NCBI RefSeq assembly: GCF_036588685.1
Contig: NC_086375.1
Span: forward strand, 69,130,001 to 69,194,000
Source: Mytilus trossulus
Lineage: Eukaryota
DNA length: 64,000 nt
Reading direction: 5' to 3'
Of this stretch, positions 49,589-63,582 are shown one piece after another (within the stretch, counting starts at the first letter, position 1; each line of letters starts with the position of its first letter). The notes beneath the pieces are model-generated. The model saw only the letters and a list, made by a program, of their open reading frames with translations, searched no databases and had not been told where the DNA came from. The position numbers and the translations under genes are program-made.

Positions 49589-51997
49589 TGAAGTTTCAGT
49601 AGTATATTTTGAAAAGAAACAGTACTTTACACAAACTGAAGACAGCAATCCAGATGATTTGTTGGGAAATATTGTTGATGTGTATGGAAAGAAATATTTC
49701 AAAACATAAACATATACTTCGCCTTGTACCAGAGACAATGACCAGATGTACTTTTCTCATTGAAGAAATCCAGAGTTGAATTAAGGAACATTGTATTATA
49801 GTGAATAAAATATCTTATCTTCACAAAGTTTTATCCAATATATACATTCAAAATTTAAAATTACTGCACACAATAGGACTATCAACTTATTTGTTTTAGT
49901 ATATAGACCAAACAAAAACAACTCCAACTGGATTTTTTCAAATTGACTCAAATTACAGTGCCACAATAAAATCAAATACAAAACTATGATCAGATTACTC
50001 ATTGATTATTTATATTTACTTTCCCTAAAATGGCTTACTTTCTCCAATATTTTGTCATTTTTAAAATAGTGGCCTGAACTAATGAACTATAAAAATAGAT
50101 GTTCATTGATCCTTGTTGCCTGTCCGATCAACTGTTATATCCTGGAATTGTTAACAACAACTACATATAATTTTTATCATTTTAACCAATTCACTTTCTT
50201 GTGGAAACTGAAAAAGATGGCCTGTCTCATTTTTTTATTTTGCAAAGATTATTGTTAGTTTGTTGTTCAACATTGATTTGCAAATATTTTTATACCTTTA
50301 GACCACATTCAGTTCAAAGATGATGCCATACTTCAGTACAGTCTTAAGTATATTGAGTGTTGGCTGTTTAATATCCAGATGGTATAGTCTTGGATGTACT
50401 GTGGATTTATTATTACTCTTGGAACACCAATTTTATATTTTTCATTGGTGAATGTTAAACATGAATTCTATTTAGCTGAGTACACATTTTCTATTTTAAT
50501 TTCTTGCTATATGCAAACTTAGCAACACCACAAAACTAAGTATCCATGAAAACATATTTTTCCTAAATCCAAGGAAATTGGTATTTATAGTCCACAATAA
50601 TTTCCTGTTTTAAATATGGATGGAAGAAGATATAAAATAAGGTCAAAGGAATAGATACACAATGACACAAAAAAGCAAAGGACTTTCAAGGTTGACATAA
50701 GGTCTTCAGCAATAGACAAAATGCTTTTTATTCTACAAGATAAAAAATTAACACACGGGTTTACTTCTTCTTTTATTTGGAATGTCAAGTTTTCCTGATA
50801 GTTTTCAGTAAAGTTAACAAAAGATTGAGACATTATACACACTGTTGGTACCAAAATGTTTTATCCTCATATCATCAAAATTTATACATACAAATAATTA
50901 TTCAGTTCACATTTGTTTAATGCTACTACAATGTATAGAAAAGCCTGCAATTATAAATATAGATGATTACTTGTGTCCCATTATCATTCATATTCAAGCA
51001 GTTTAGTTGTTTCATACAATGTATATGGCAGAATTTCATTTATAACACCCACTGATTTATTTTGTCTAATACATTTACTCTTTAGATTTCATTCTGTAAA
51101 GTCAATGAAAGAAAAAAAAGATGCATTAAGTTCTCAAAATGGTTCCAAAAGGGTGCATCTTCTGAGTAGAATTTTTTTTTTGAAAATTGTAAACAATTAT
51201 ATATTTTAAATAGTAATAAAAAAACAAAATACATCAGTATTATAATAAGAGCAGTACTTCAATACAATTTAACGATTCCTTACCCGATATCTAACCATGA
51301 GTTGGTTAAAAGTAGATACTGTGGCAGGAAATCTTTAACAAAACTTCAAAAACATCAATAATCTCAAATACTTAAAACCTTAAATAAACATACATTTTGG
51401 TAGAATGTCAACATACAATTCTGCTTTGTTATGTTTTATGATATCTTACAATTCAGTTATTCTCTAATTTAAAGACCCTGATATTGACACTTTTCTATCC
51501 TTTTTTGATACTGTTTAGAGATGTATTTTTTTGATAATTTTTTGCTATTTTTTTTTAATTTAAAGTTATTACATAATGATACTAGATGACAGATTATAAT
51601 TATAGTTCTTTCATTTTTTTTCAAGAAATTTAGGATTTCATATATAAATTGTGTGGAGATGAAATCATTGGTGATAAATAAATATAAATAACATAAAAAA
51701 ATAAATCATTAACTATATTTCAACAAGAGTATACATACACATCTATAAAAAAATATCCAAAACCACTTTACTTTTAAAGTATAATAAATAATAACTAATT
51801 TACTACAAACTTAACTAATCACAGAAGAATTCATATTATGCTGTATTTGAAATGGTCAACATGGCAACTGTATTAATATCTGTTGGTGAACTTGAAAAAC
51901 TATGAGAAGAGGTTTTATACAATGTCCTGCATTTTTGTAGATGGCGGTCAGTATAATGCTCCTATAAATCGATACTCTGGCTTTGAGCCAAAAAGAG

Positions 51998-52156
51998 CAG
52001 AGGCGGATTTAGGGGGGGGTGCTAGGGGGCCCGCCCCCCCTTTTTGGGAAAAAATTTGGTTGCTTATATAGGGAATCACTGAAGGGTGACTGGAGCAGGC
52101 CCCCTCTTAGGTCAGTCAGTGGGCCCCACTTATGAAAATTTCTGGATCTGCCACTG
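51998..52156. mobile_element. hAT-like MITE
   Basis: CAGAGGCGGATTTAG ... TGGATCTGCCACTG; partial inverted copy near 34944-35010. Confidence 0.7.
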
Positions 52157-53361
52157 AAGTGTCAAATATTGTAAGCCCTGTTTGACTAAATGCAGCCAAT
52201 TTTTAAATACTAATTCTAAAAAAACATAAAATTGTTACCAAAAATAGAAAAGTTGTCTTGTAGAGACTATAACAAATATTTTTAAGAATAAAAGTTAAAA
52301 TGTAAAAATGCAAAAGGTAACAAAGTTATTTTGTTTTTTTTATCTCTGAATCTTTTTAAAGAAATGTATAAACAAATCTTACCAACTAGTAATATGGCTA
52401 CTTTAAAGTATAAGCAATGATTCATATATAATTATAAATTATATCATTAAGGGAATAAATAAAAAATCACTGTTGGTTTTTTTTAAGCTGAACTTAATAT
52501 AATATGCATGTATACACACAATATATTGCACCTAGTCATAGACAAAAGTGTATTTGTAGATGTGTCAAACAAGAACAAATATAATCCTTCTATATTTTTG
52601 TTGTTTTCAAAATTTTAACAGTAAAAAAAAATTGAAAAAGATTTGCGTAGTTCAAGGTTGCTCATTTTAAACATACAATTGTGTTTGGCCCCTCTCATTC
52701 TGGCGTATTTTTTTGTATGAAAACTTTTGAATACATAATAGTAATGACTTGGTGGGGGAAAGAATAAATAACACTCACAGAAAATCTATTGTAAACATAA
52801 CAACATAATAAACAAACCAGTACATAAATATATATCTTTATCGCTAATTTATATCAAAGAAAAAAATATACCTTTAAATTTCAACTTAAAATTGAGTAGT
52901 ATGTAAAAAGATTTCACAGATCATCAGATTTCAAAACTAATGGCACAAAACAAACCATTAAACAATAACAATAAAGAAAGAGACAGAATAACTTTACTAG
53001 TAACAAGATTTCCAATATAGTCATTAGAATGCCAGATATATTCCTGCTTCAAACTGAGACTCAAACTTGAGGATGACACAAAAGGTAACTGTCATTCAAA
53101 CCTTATTTTTCACCATTGAATCATATATAAACATTAAAATTATGGAAGGATGCCATTTTTATATAACTTACCTGGCAACAGTTAGGACATAACTATAAAT
53201 TATAATACTTTTAAATTTTTTAGCAGTCATATTTCTATAGAATTTCTACAAATCTAAAAAAAATAAAAACTGTTTTTGACAGTATTTTGATTGACGTTGT
53301 ATGTTGAAAGATCATATGGACTTAATGATAAAAGTGTGAATTACACAAGTTCTTCCTAAAC

Positions 53362-53565
53362 TTATAACTCAGTATGTTTTGATTTATGTTCCTTTGACTT
53401 TTGACCTTGATGACTGGCAGAATCTGCAGTTGGCTTATATTTTCTATCCACTTCAGGAGGGGAGGTAACTTTGCCCTCATTTCCTTCAGGATGATCCTTA
53501 TGCCTTCTTCCTCCACCGGATTTATAAAGGCGTGTTTTATGAAGGGCCACCAATTCTTCTCTTAT
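53362..53565 (-). CDS. TXNDC16: TXNDC16 last exon (IREELVAL...KHTEL*)
   Basis: ttgcAG acceptor; KDEL-like HTEL immediately before the stop. Confidence 0.87.
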   Translation of the reverse strand: MREELVALHKTRLYKSGGGRRHKDHPEGNEGKVTSPPEVDRKYKPTADSASHQGQKSKEHKSKHTEL

Positions 53566-56500
53566 CTGCAAGAGTACATTCATATATATTAATGTTAACA
53601 AGATTTTAAATTGAGTTTTATAAGCAACATTTGCAACATAAATAATTTACTTACATAATTTTTTGAATGTTTAAGTTAATTGAAATACACATTTATTTTC
53701 ATGTCAGAATTTGTTTCTTAAATCAAAAAAGAACAGTGAAAGGTAATTCTTTAAAACATATTATTTATAAAATATAGTTATATCCAAACCCTAAGTTCTT
53801 TGTGGTGGTGAACCCTGTATGTTTAAAGGCTCTTATGTCCGAGGGGATTATCAAAATATTTCAATATTTAAATATGTGTCTAGCACTTTTTCAATAAAAA
53901 CCGATCAAATCAACCTTATAACATTTTTCAATACTAGATTCCTAAATTATGATAAAAATTTCCATTTTGATACTAACTACACATTTGTTTAAATTCAATA
54001 TTAACCACTACTGAGGCTGAACAATATTTTACAGCATGTGTCTTAGTTTAAATTTGAAATGAAAAAATAAATGAAGTGTCAGTTAGCTTACTGACAATAT
54101 GCTCAGCTCACACTACCTTATTTTCATGTTAATGGAACAAAAATCTGGGTCGAATTCCTGGCTTGGCATATATTTTTTTAAGTTCTCACATCTGATATAA
54201 TGAACATGTGTTAAGTTTAAAGTTGATGTGACCACAACTTTATTGAAAACCTTCTCAACAAAACACTTTAATATGATAAAGGCTATTGGACAAACACAGG
54301 GACACACAGACATGAAAAAGTAATATCCCCTTACTACCATATGTAAGACATTATATATTTACAATATGTTAGGTAAAAATGTTAGGCACATATATAGTTC
54401 AATATATGATGGGATTAAAATAATACTTTGACTCTACATCCACATATCTTCTTTTATGATCGTAATCTTATAATTTAATTTTGGATGTGACATGTCATTT
54501 GATTGTGTGAATTTTTTTGTTTATCAGACACTAGACATTTAGAATTAAATTATAAGGAGTTACGGTTATACTTTTTTCTGTCTATTTAAAATAACATTTT
54601 ATTATTCTGTACACTTAACAACCAGTAATGGGTCTATGATGCTCTTTCTTCAGTCAAAAACAGTACTGAATAAACAGAAAGTATAACATTACAAGATTTC
54701 TGTCTTGCAGAACAGTACTGATATATACAAGTGAAATGTACCAAAAATTGTGAGTAAATTCTTGGTAGTGTAGACAGAAAGAATACAGTATTTTTTTAAA
54801 TAGTATCAAATGTTTATTCTGATGTAAATAACATTTCATTTACTTACTTCATCCTCCTCAGAGTCCAGATTTTTAGCCTCAACCTTAGCTCTTACTTCTT
54901 CTTCATTAATTTCTCTCCCATCTTTATCAAAACCTGTAAAGTTAGGCAAATAACCGTAAGCAATCTGATTTTATTTACTATTATATTTTATTTAGCTTTC
55001 TTAACTTTACATCTAGAAACCTCATGGAAGGTTATTTTTAGAATAAATGAGGAATGTGTCCATGTTACACTGATGATGCCCCCACTTGCATATCATATAA
55101 AATTATAAAGGGACATAGTTGAAACGGTAAAAACGACACTTCTAAAATTGTACTTGATCTCCGTTTTGTGATCATAAGTTTCCTATCATTCGGTTGAGGC
55201 AAACTAAAGTTCATTATTGTAAGAGAACGGAAATGAAAAATTTAGTTATTTTCCCATTTTTAAGGGGCATAACTCTAAAAAAGATAAAGTAATACCATCA
55301 AAATTCAAACTTGATCTGTATTTTTTATAAGTATTTTGTGTTAGTTTCATAAGATTTGTTTTAGGCAAACTAAATCTAGAGAAAGGAAACAAACTTAGGG
55401 ATGTACGGAAGAATGTAAGTACATGTGGACATGGGTAAACTTTATTGTCCCCACCGCTACGATGGGGGCATAAAAATGTGTTGTGTGTATAAAAATCATA
55501 CCATATGCTCTTTGTTATTTAATTTATCTTTAATCATCCAAATGCATTGCATACATTTTAGATATTTTGTATACTACTTTCAGATATTAAGGCTCTCTTA
55601 CAATCAATCTAAAACAAAAGGTCTCACATCACTTTCATAGTTTAGTGAATCCCAACCAAGTTTATCCAAATATAAAATATCCAGTTTAGAACTCACCAAC
55701 ACCATGTTCCTCTACAATTCTTTCTCCCTGATTTCTATGCTTCTTTTTCTTCTTTCTTTCATTTTCTTTGTCTATTAATGACAGGAAATCATAACCATGC
55801 TTCTTTGGCTTCCAGTCTCCTTGTTCTAATACCTCTGTAAATATTAAAGATACTCCAAACTTCTGTTCTACTGAGCAATAACATATAACTCTTCTAATCT
55901 TATAAAGACTAAGGTTGTTTTGGTGTTGCTTTCAATTGAGAATGCCTCTCTGTAACCTACACATGTTTCTTTTAATTTTGTTTGTTACTGGTCAAGATAC
56001 TATCGGTTTTTTTTTTATTAATTTTTACCACTTACAAAGACAAATCATGCTAGAATTTGCATGACAAATTCACAATAATTTTTATCTCAATAACCAAATG
56101 TGGTATGATAACAAATGAGCAAGCTGTCCAAGAAGACAAGTAAAAAGGTGTGAACAATTACAGGGCATGAAAAACATACAGGTTAAATTGATCTGGTAAT
56201 ACAATTTTGTAACACATTTGTCGTAATTCCAAATTAAAGCTAGCAATATGCAGTTTGACTTTATACTGGTCACAATTTTTAGCTGTGTTGTAACAAAAGC
56301 AACATATTTATGGAAGTTTGACATTTCTTTAATATTTGCACATTATGATGATATTTTGAATTTATTGTATGTAAATATTCTTTTTCTATAAATTGATAAT
56401 ACAAACTAGATGGTTCAATTTTCTCGTCCATGACACTGGTCAACCATACAGAAACGCTATCTTCCACTGGATATTCATCCTTGTTATTAAATACAATTCC

Positions 56501-59500
56501 CTGGAAATAATCATCAGAAAAATCAGTAACAGGAATAAAAATTAAAACCATAGAAGGGGCCTCTAAAATGCAAATCTGTTAAAAGGTCAATAGAAGTTGT
56601 AATATCTAATATCTATACCCAATATAGGGTCTGGAGCTGAGTGACTGCATGGATCAGTAACAACATAATTAAATTTGAAAAGGATGTGTTGAAAAAATCA
56701 TAAGCTATTGCACAGATACAATTTTAGCTGCACGTCCCCTTCAGTGGGAAGTAAAATTAATTATCACGTTGTATATTGTATTGGTTGCAGTTGATTCAAC
56801 CACGATTCTGGACAAAGGAAGATAACTCAAATTATCAAAATTACTTTTAAAACAATGATATTGTTAATTTTTTGAACAGATACCCTTACCAAAGTTATGT
56901 AATTTTCCTGACAAGTATAACATCATTTTGTGCCATGAATATCAGAGTGTTTATTTCATTGATAAAGTTCTTGGAAATGTTCATGGAAAGGGTGTTTAGA
57001 ATGTTATGATCAATGCACTATATTTGGTGCATCTCAAATGCAGACAAACCTTGGAAAATAAAGATTCAAGTCAGTACCATAGGGTTTTGATTGCATTTTA
57101 AGCAATCTCTACCCAAAAACCAAAGTACTCAGATGTATAAACTTACAGGTCATCATAGAACGTTTTAATCTTTATAGTTTTTAGAGGACAATGGTATCAA
57201 AAGAAAATTCAAACTCATAAGTAGACAATAAACTGACAACAGCATGGCTAAACAAGAAAAAGACCAATATACACACAATAGTACACAAAACATAAAAAAC
57301 TTAAGACTGAGGAATACAAAACCCACCAAAACTTGGGGTGATCTCAGAGCTCCAGAAGGGTAAGTATATCCTGCTCCATATGTGGCACCTGTCCTGTTAC
57401 TTAAGTACAAATCCAGTAATAAGTCAGTAGTTCCCTTTTAGGGAAAAGGGAACCATATTGAAGTTACAACATTTGTTTGGGCTTTTCATAAATTTATTTA
57501 CCATCAAGAAATGAAAACATAGTGTTCTTTTGAAAATATTTCATCTATCAAAAACTTAGTAAATGTATCTATATCTATATGCATGTCTGGTTAACATGCA
57601 ATGATTGTATATTTTCATTCTTATTTGTACAATTTATATCATTATAAAATCATTTATAACTTACCTTTTTCAGATCTACATAACATATTTCTGGTACCCT
57701 GTTATCTTTATCATATTCATTTAAAACAGATCTACCAACAGACTTGGAATCAGCACTAGAAAAGAAAAAAAAGGTTCTTTATGTTTTTGTTTTTTATTTC
57801 ACTCAAGAGTATGGCATTGCTCATGAGTTCAATTAAATATAATCAAGCTGTGTTGTACCATGCAAAATGATTGTAGTGGTGAATTATAACAAGTGAAGTC
57901 CCAAAACCTTTCAGATACCTGAATTTAAAAAAAACAAAAAGTCAAAGTTGTTCTAAAGTAATGTTTGGGATATAGTGACCAAATTATAAGAGAGGTTTAT
58001 TGTAGTTATAAAATTGAACTGAAACAAAGCGTAAGTTCCTAATTAATTAATTTAATAACAATTTTAGTTCCTCATTTTGTCTTCCAAGCATGAAATGAAG
58101 ATCACCGAAGATTAAAATGTCAAACTAAAATATGTTTGATTAATGTTGTACTTTATAAAACAATAATGATGCTGAAATAGTATTGATATAAATTATAATA
58201 TGATGTGCTTCAGTCGCTTTCTGAACAAACCCATGCTCTAAATGGAACAAAATTTGTTTGCACATGTGTATATTGACTTCTTCAGAATAATGAATTTTAT
58301 CAAATTATCATGCACTTAATATATTTCCTTAACTTTAAAACACTTTTAAACTCTAAAATGGTGCACATGATGTTACTAATTCATTTATTATGACTGTAAT
58401 CTGTTGCATTCCGAAATTGACATATTTGACCAAGATACACAGTGCCAGCCGTTTGCTAAAGTACAACCAAAAAAGTGGGGTTCATGGAAGAGCATACACA
58501 AACACTTTTACACTAGTACTTATCGAACATAGAAATAACCTTAATTGTCCTATTCAAAATCGAAATAATTGATGCAAGCTATATTTTATTGTAGTTTTAA
58601 CATGGGTAGGCATTTTATTCATGTTATATTAGCCCTCACTATTGCTCAGGCAAATATAATCGGGATTATAATGCCTACCATGCTAAAATTACAATAAAGT
58701 ATAGCTTGCATCAATTATTTCTTAAACAAATGTATAAAAATACATATCTATTTGTATTTACATAGATAGACAAATAAAAATCTATATGATCTGGCCACAT
58801 TTAAAGAGAGGCATAGAAATATTCACTTACTTCATCCAAACAAATTGAAGCATGGGCAATTTGCTAGATAAAACTATCTCCTCCATGACTTTCTTCAGTC
58901 TAGCTGATTCCTGGTACTCATCTAGAAACAAGATTACAAATGGCTTCTGTTGTCTGTACAGCGCTGGAAACCATTCCACTGTTAACTCAGGCTACAAACA
59001 AAACAATGTATGCATATAAATAAACATGAAATTCCGTTCAATTATTGAGATATTCATCAAATCATTTTACAATGTATCATCAAATAATAAAATAAGAAAT
59101 ATCAAATAGGTCAAATTTTCAAGCATATTTTTTTTTCTAAAATGAAAAGAATTCCAAAATTTGCGCTGAAAACTGTAACAATGACCTCTTTTCAATAAAG
59201 GCAGTTCTTTGCATTTATAATATTGTTTTCCAGTAATGAAGACTTTTACTAGGCCATCAATGACTCTTTGAATATCCAATCTTTGATTAAGCATTCACTG
59301 ATTAAATTGTGTTTGGCTACACCTTTGAGAAATAAACTAAAGCATAACAATCACAGGAAACTTTGATTTTAATTTTCTCCCTTCAACAACTTCCACCAAT
59401 CAAATTTTCCTCAAAAATTCTTACCATAGATGGGATACTGGCTTTGATTATAAAATCCTTCATTTCAGTAACTTCTAATTTACCAATATATACTACATGT

Positions 59501-62500
59501 GGTTTGAGAATGTCAGACCTTCTTAGTACAACTATAGATGGAACTTTAAGTTTAAAGTCTGGTCTGAAAAAGAATAATTGTAACTTAAATCAGTAGAAAT
59601 GATTGAGTCTGTAGTTATAATATAACATTTCACTATATATTTATTTTTTTAGAGCAGTCAGTCATTGACCTTAGATATATGTACAAACATAAAAACCATA
59701 AACTATTATTCATCATGTTCATAGTCTTCAATTTAAAATGGGTGATTTCAGTGAAACATACTAATGTATATTTTTAGCATTTATTATTTGGTGTTTTTTT
59801 CCTCTCATAAATCAAATTATATATTACCTTAAACTTTACAGTTCATCAGTGCCAATACAAATTTTCAAAGTAAACAAGTAAACAGACAGAGAATGTTAAT
59901 GTTGTGATATTGTCTCTGATTTTAGTTGAAGTTCAATAAATTTTAACACACTTGGTCTAGACCAGTAACATTTCTTCATGAATTTTACTCTAAGTTCCTT
60001 ATATTTAAACTCATATTACAATAGAAGTATCAAAGTACATAAGTCAATTTACTTCGGTAAAAAATATTATGAAACAAAATATTGAAATACTGCTTTATAA
60101 GCTAGCCCTTTTTGTGAAACATACATTTTACTGGCAGCTCCATCATTGTTGTAGGCAAAAGTCATAGTATCTTCTAGCTGACTGGCTACACTTTTAAATA
60201 CTTTTAATTCTGAAAATATTAAGAGATTTGTTGTAATAATACCTATGTTTGTAGATGCCTTACCAGATAAGTACAGATATCTCACGTATGTAAACCTATG
60301 CATTTAAATTTCAACTGAAGATATATTTTGTAACTTTGTTATAAAAAGAAAGACAACTCTGATTTGTCTTGTGTAAAAAAATTATGTTCTGTCATCTCTT
60401 AGCATCAAAATGTACATTGTACGAACACACTTGGGAAAATATTTGCCAATCTGCAATTACTGGTAACTAGGTATTTCTGTTGTCTATAGTAATCATATCA
60501 TAATATAATCTGCAAAGATCATGCCCCTGTTTTAAACACAATTTACAGTGTTTTTTATTAAACAGATGTGCCATGTAATTAAAAGATTTATAAACATAGT
60601 ACTATTGTGGAACACTGCATACAACCCCAATTTTCCCCAAATGTTTTTTTTTGTTCTTTAAGCATTAAATTGCTTATTTATACCACAAACCACTATTCAT
60701 TCATGTTTAATCTTGATAAAAACATTAAGTTCACAAATCAATAAAATTTAACACCTTCTTTCTGTTACTTTTATATTAAAGAGGTATATCATTTATGCTG
60801 TTGAGTTCTAACAGTTTTGAATGCATTCTTTAATCCATGCTTAATATATATACCAATAGACCTTTTATGTTAAAATAGTCTTCTTTGTTTTTGCACCTTT
60901 TTATTTTTGTTTTGGTTGTTTCATCTTCATAATGGTATATCCATCACATTAAACATCACAAAAACATGTATATAACAAAATAGTACTAACATAAATCATA
61001 CAAAAATGTAAAAGTGTTTACCTGTATGATGTGACTTATCTAACAATGCCATGACAACAGTTTCGGTAACAACCTGTTTACTATTTGGTAATACACCATT
61101 CATCAAATCCATGATTGATGTTGAATCTACTAAATTTACTGGGTTAGACTGATTGAGCCTGTACATAAAGTAAAAGAAAATTTAAAAATTTAATACATGT
61201 ATGCTATATTTAATAATTTTAATTTTGGATTACCAATGTTGTAATTTGCCTGGAATTTGAAATTTTCATCTTTTCATAAATTGTTTGGTGTTTGAGAACT
61301 CATACTGCATATGATCCTATCAATCTTTTGTGAATTATAGTAAATAAAGTTTAAATTAACTTTGCATTACTTTAAAAGCAGCTGATCAAACTAAGAACAG
61401 CCTTTAAAATTCTCAAGTCTAGACAACTTTGAAAAAAAATCAGAATGAAAAGTAAAATAAAAAAAGTCAACTTCAACACAATTTTTTCATAACAAATAAT
61501 TCATGGCAATTCTTTTAAAAAAAACTTACAATTTGACAGTTGTAACAACAGCTTTGCTATCTAACAACCCTTTGTAATCCTTCAACATCTTTCCATTACG
61601 GTACATCCTCATGGTGGGATATATGTTAATCTTTTCATTACCACAGACATCTGTCCAATCATGACAGTTGACCCGGGTCAGAGGTCTAGCTGGGTCACTC
61701 TCTATCTCTTTAGAAGCATCAGCATAAGCATACAAGAATGCCATACTCTTGTCATCAACTGAATATAACAAACAAACAAAAATAATAAATAACAAAAGCA
61801 TATGCCTACTGTGAATTCATTTTTTTCATGGATACTTATTTTAGTGGATTGAGCTAAAAATTAAATTACTGTGGATATTTGATTCTATGGTTCTCCTAAA
61901 ATTCTACATACAAATACACTCAACATATATTCCAGGATAGATATTTTATATTTGCATGTTTCATCTTCAAAAAACTCATCAGTGACATTCACATAAAAAA
62001 GTTTTAAAAGGCCAAATAAAATATGAAGAAGAGCATTATGGACCAAAGCCTATGGAAAATGTGTACTCCCTTAAATATTTTAATTTAGTCAAGTTGATAA
62101 AGTATTCCCTCAAAGCAAATGAAAATTGGTATCCTTTGACGAATAATGATTCCACAGCATTTGTTTCTGTTGAGGTAGATTCATGGTATACCACCATCTT
62201 GCATTGTACAATCACAGTACAAAATCGGTCTAGTTATTTGCCTAAATCTGCAAATGTGGAGACAGATTTGCAATTCAATGGTTAGACTTTTTTCCATTTT
62301 AAGAAAAATTATTAATTAATCGTATGATACCAAATATTTTAACAAATATCATTTTTGTTTGTTTTACAATCATTTTTTCCAAATGTGCCATTTAAGGGGA
62401 GATAACTCTTTTAGTACAAAATTTATACTGGTCTAATAGGGAAATTTTTTATTTTTACTTGTAGCAAGAAAACAAGTTCGATGGCACCATGTTTTCTTTT

Positions 62501-63582
62501 TATTTTCTTAAAACATATTATGAAACCTTTCTTCTCACAATTTATTTCTAAATTCTATCTCATAGAACTTTTTTAATGCACACTAATGTGTATTTTCATG
62601 AACAAACTAACCAATTTTTGGCAATTTTCAACGACTCATAGCTTGAAAAATAGCAAGGTGACCCATACTTATTATTAAATTTTTGAGAAGAGCATAGTAA
62701 AAACTTCATTTTGACAAATTATAAAAAAATTCTGTCTCAAAAAATATATACTGGTGATCTACCTTAAGTTATATGTTAATTGTGGTTAATGTTTTATCAA
62801 ATCTACTATAAACATACACGCACAGAACAGGTATTTGGTTCATCTGCGCAATAAAAAATAATAATCTTAACTTGACAGTAAATTATTCTTATAACTAAGT
62901 ATTTTTTTCAATAATGAATCAATCACAATGCAGTGAAGATTATGAATAAATTGAATGAAAAAAGAATTTTAATTTAAAGGTGAAGCTTGCTAAAAAATCG
63001 AAAATGAGTAAAGGCAGATTGACCAGGCTCTTACTCTGAATAGAATTCATATAAATTGCTCTGCAGAGATCAGCTTGATACAACCACAGAGGTTGAACCC
63101 TGAACAAATGGGGCCAGTATGGACACAACATTCAAGCTTTATACAGCTCTGAATTTGGATTGTGATTAAATATTTGACACAGCATAAGTTTTCTAAAACA
63201 GGCTTAAGTTGGAGAATATACTGCACTTTTATGAAAAGAACTGAATTATTTAGCATAAAGCCTTGAAATAGACCCAGCAAAAAAAAATGTGACCTTTCTG
63301 GTGTTGGTTGATAAAGTTGATATTTTATGCCATATTGTGCCATAAGTGAACCTTTTCCTCTAAAAAAATGTTTAAGGTGGCAGCAGTTAAAGAACAGATT
63401 AAATTTACCTTTGAAAAAAAGTGAATACTTACATGGAAGATAAAACAAAACAAAGACCAGATCTTTATTTTTAATTGTGGTAGGGAAAGTTTTGTCAGTC
63501 AGAGCATCTATTAAATCCACTTGTGGAAGTTTCCTCCTTGATTGGTACACCGCCTCAGCTACAGCATCATCTTGAGTCTCAA
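53362..63582 (-). CDS. TXNDC16: Thioredoxin domain-containing protein 16 (ERp90) orthologue, last 11 coding exons; 5' part lies beyond the window
   Basis: Frame-consistent GT-AG exons 63582-63433, 61758-61530, 61158-61022, 60209-60125, 59563-59425, 58991-58831, 57755-57665, 56500-56407, 55834-55697, 54933-54848, 53565-53362. ETQDDAVAEAVYQSRRKLP, SMAFLYAY, TRVNCHDWTDVC, PELTVEWFP and WKPKKHGYDFLSLID resemble vertebrate TXNDC16 as recalled; ends HTEL*. Confidence 0.9.
54848..54933 (-). CDS. TXNDC16: TXNDC16 exon (FDKDGREINEEE...EEDE)
   Basis: ttacAG / GTAAGT. Confidence 0.82.
55045..55476. mobile_element. Second HINE-like element (two internal repeats) in a TXNDC16 intron
   Basis: Repeated aaggg.cata...aaaatt..acttgatct units; terminal CCCC...GGGGGCATAAAAA. 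Confidence 0.6.
55697..55834 (-). CDS. TXNDC16: TXNDC16 exon (VLEQGDWKP...EEHGV)
   Basis: ttacAG / GTGAGT. Confidence 0.87.
56407..56500 (-). CDS. TXNDC16: TXNDC16 exon (GIVFNNKDEY...KIEPS)
   Basis: ttccAG / GTTTGT. Confidence 0.82.
57665..57755 (-). CDS. TXNDC16: TXNDC16 exon (ADSKSVGRSVL...VDLKK)
   Basis: tttctAG / GTAAGT. Confidence 0.85.
58564..58720. repeat. Long inverted repeat (fold-back) in a TXNDC16 intron
   Basis: AATAATTGATGCAAGCTAT...ATAGCTTGCATCAATTATT arms of about 50 bp. Confidence 0.7.
58831..58991 (-). CDS. TXNDC16: TXNDC16 exon (PELTVEWFP...QFVWM)
   Basis: tttgtAG / GTAAGT. Confidence 0.87.
59425..59563 (-). CDS. TXNDC16: TXNDC16 exon (PDFKLKVPSIVV...SIPSM)
   Basis: ttttcAG / GTAAGA. 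Confidence 0.85.
60125..60209 (-). CDS. TXNDC16: TXNDC16 exon (ELKVFKSVASQL...AASK)
   Basis: tttcAG / GTATGT. Confidence 0.82.
61022..61158 (-). CDS. TXNDC16: TXNDC16 exon (LNQSNPVNLVDS...KSHHT)
   Basis: tacAG / GTAAAC; frame-consistent. Confidence 0.85.
61530..61758 (-). CDS. TXNDC16: TXNDC16 exon (DDKSMAF...TTVK)
   Basis: ttcAG / GTAAGT; thioredoxin-fold YPT cis-Pro loop. Confidence 0.88.
62396..62763. mobile_element. Possible TTAA-flanked MITE
   Basis: TTAA-GG...CC-TTAA with only a weak TIR. Confidence 0.4.
63433..63582 (-). CDS. TXNDC16: TXNDC16 exon (ETQDDAVAE...FYLP)
   Basis: ttgtAG acceptor; T|GTAAGT donor. Confidence 0.85.

Noticed and set aside
49750-53300. Short ORFs in very AT-rich DNA
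   Set aside because: Low-complexity chance ORFs; probably 3'UTR or intergenic between convergent genes
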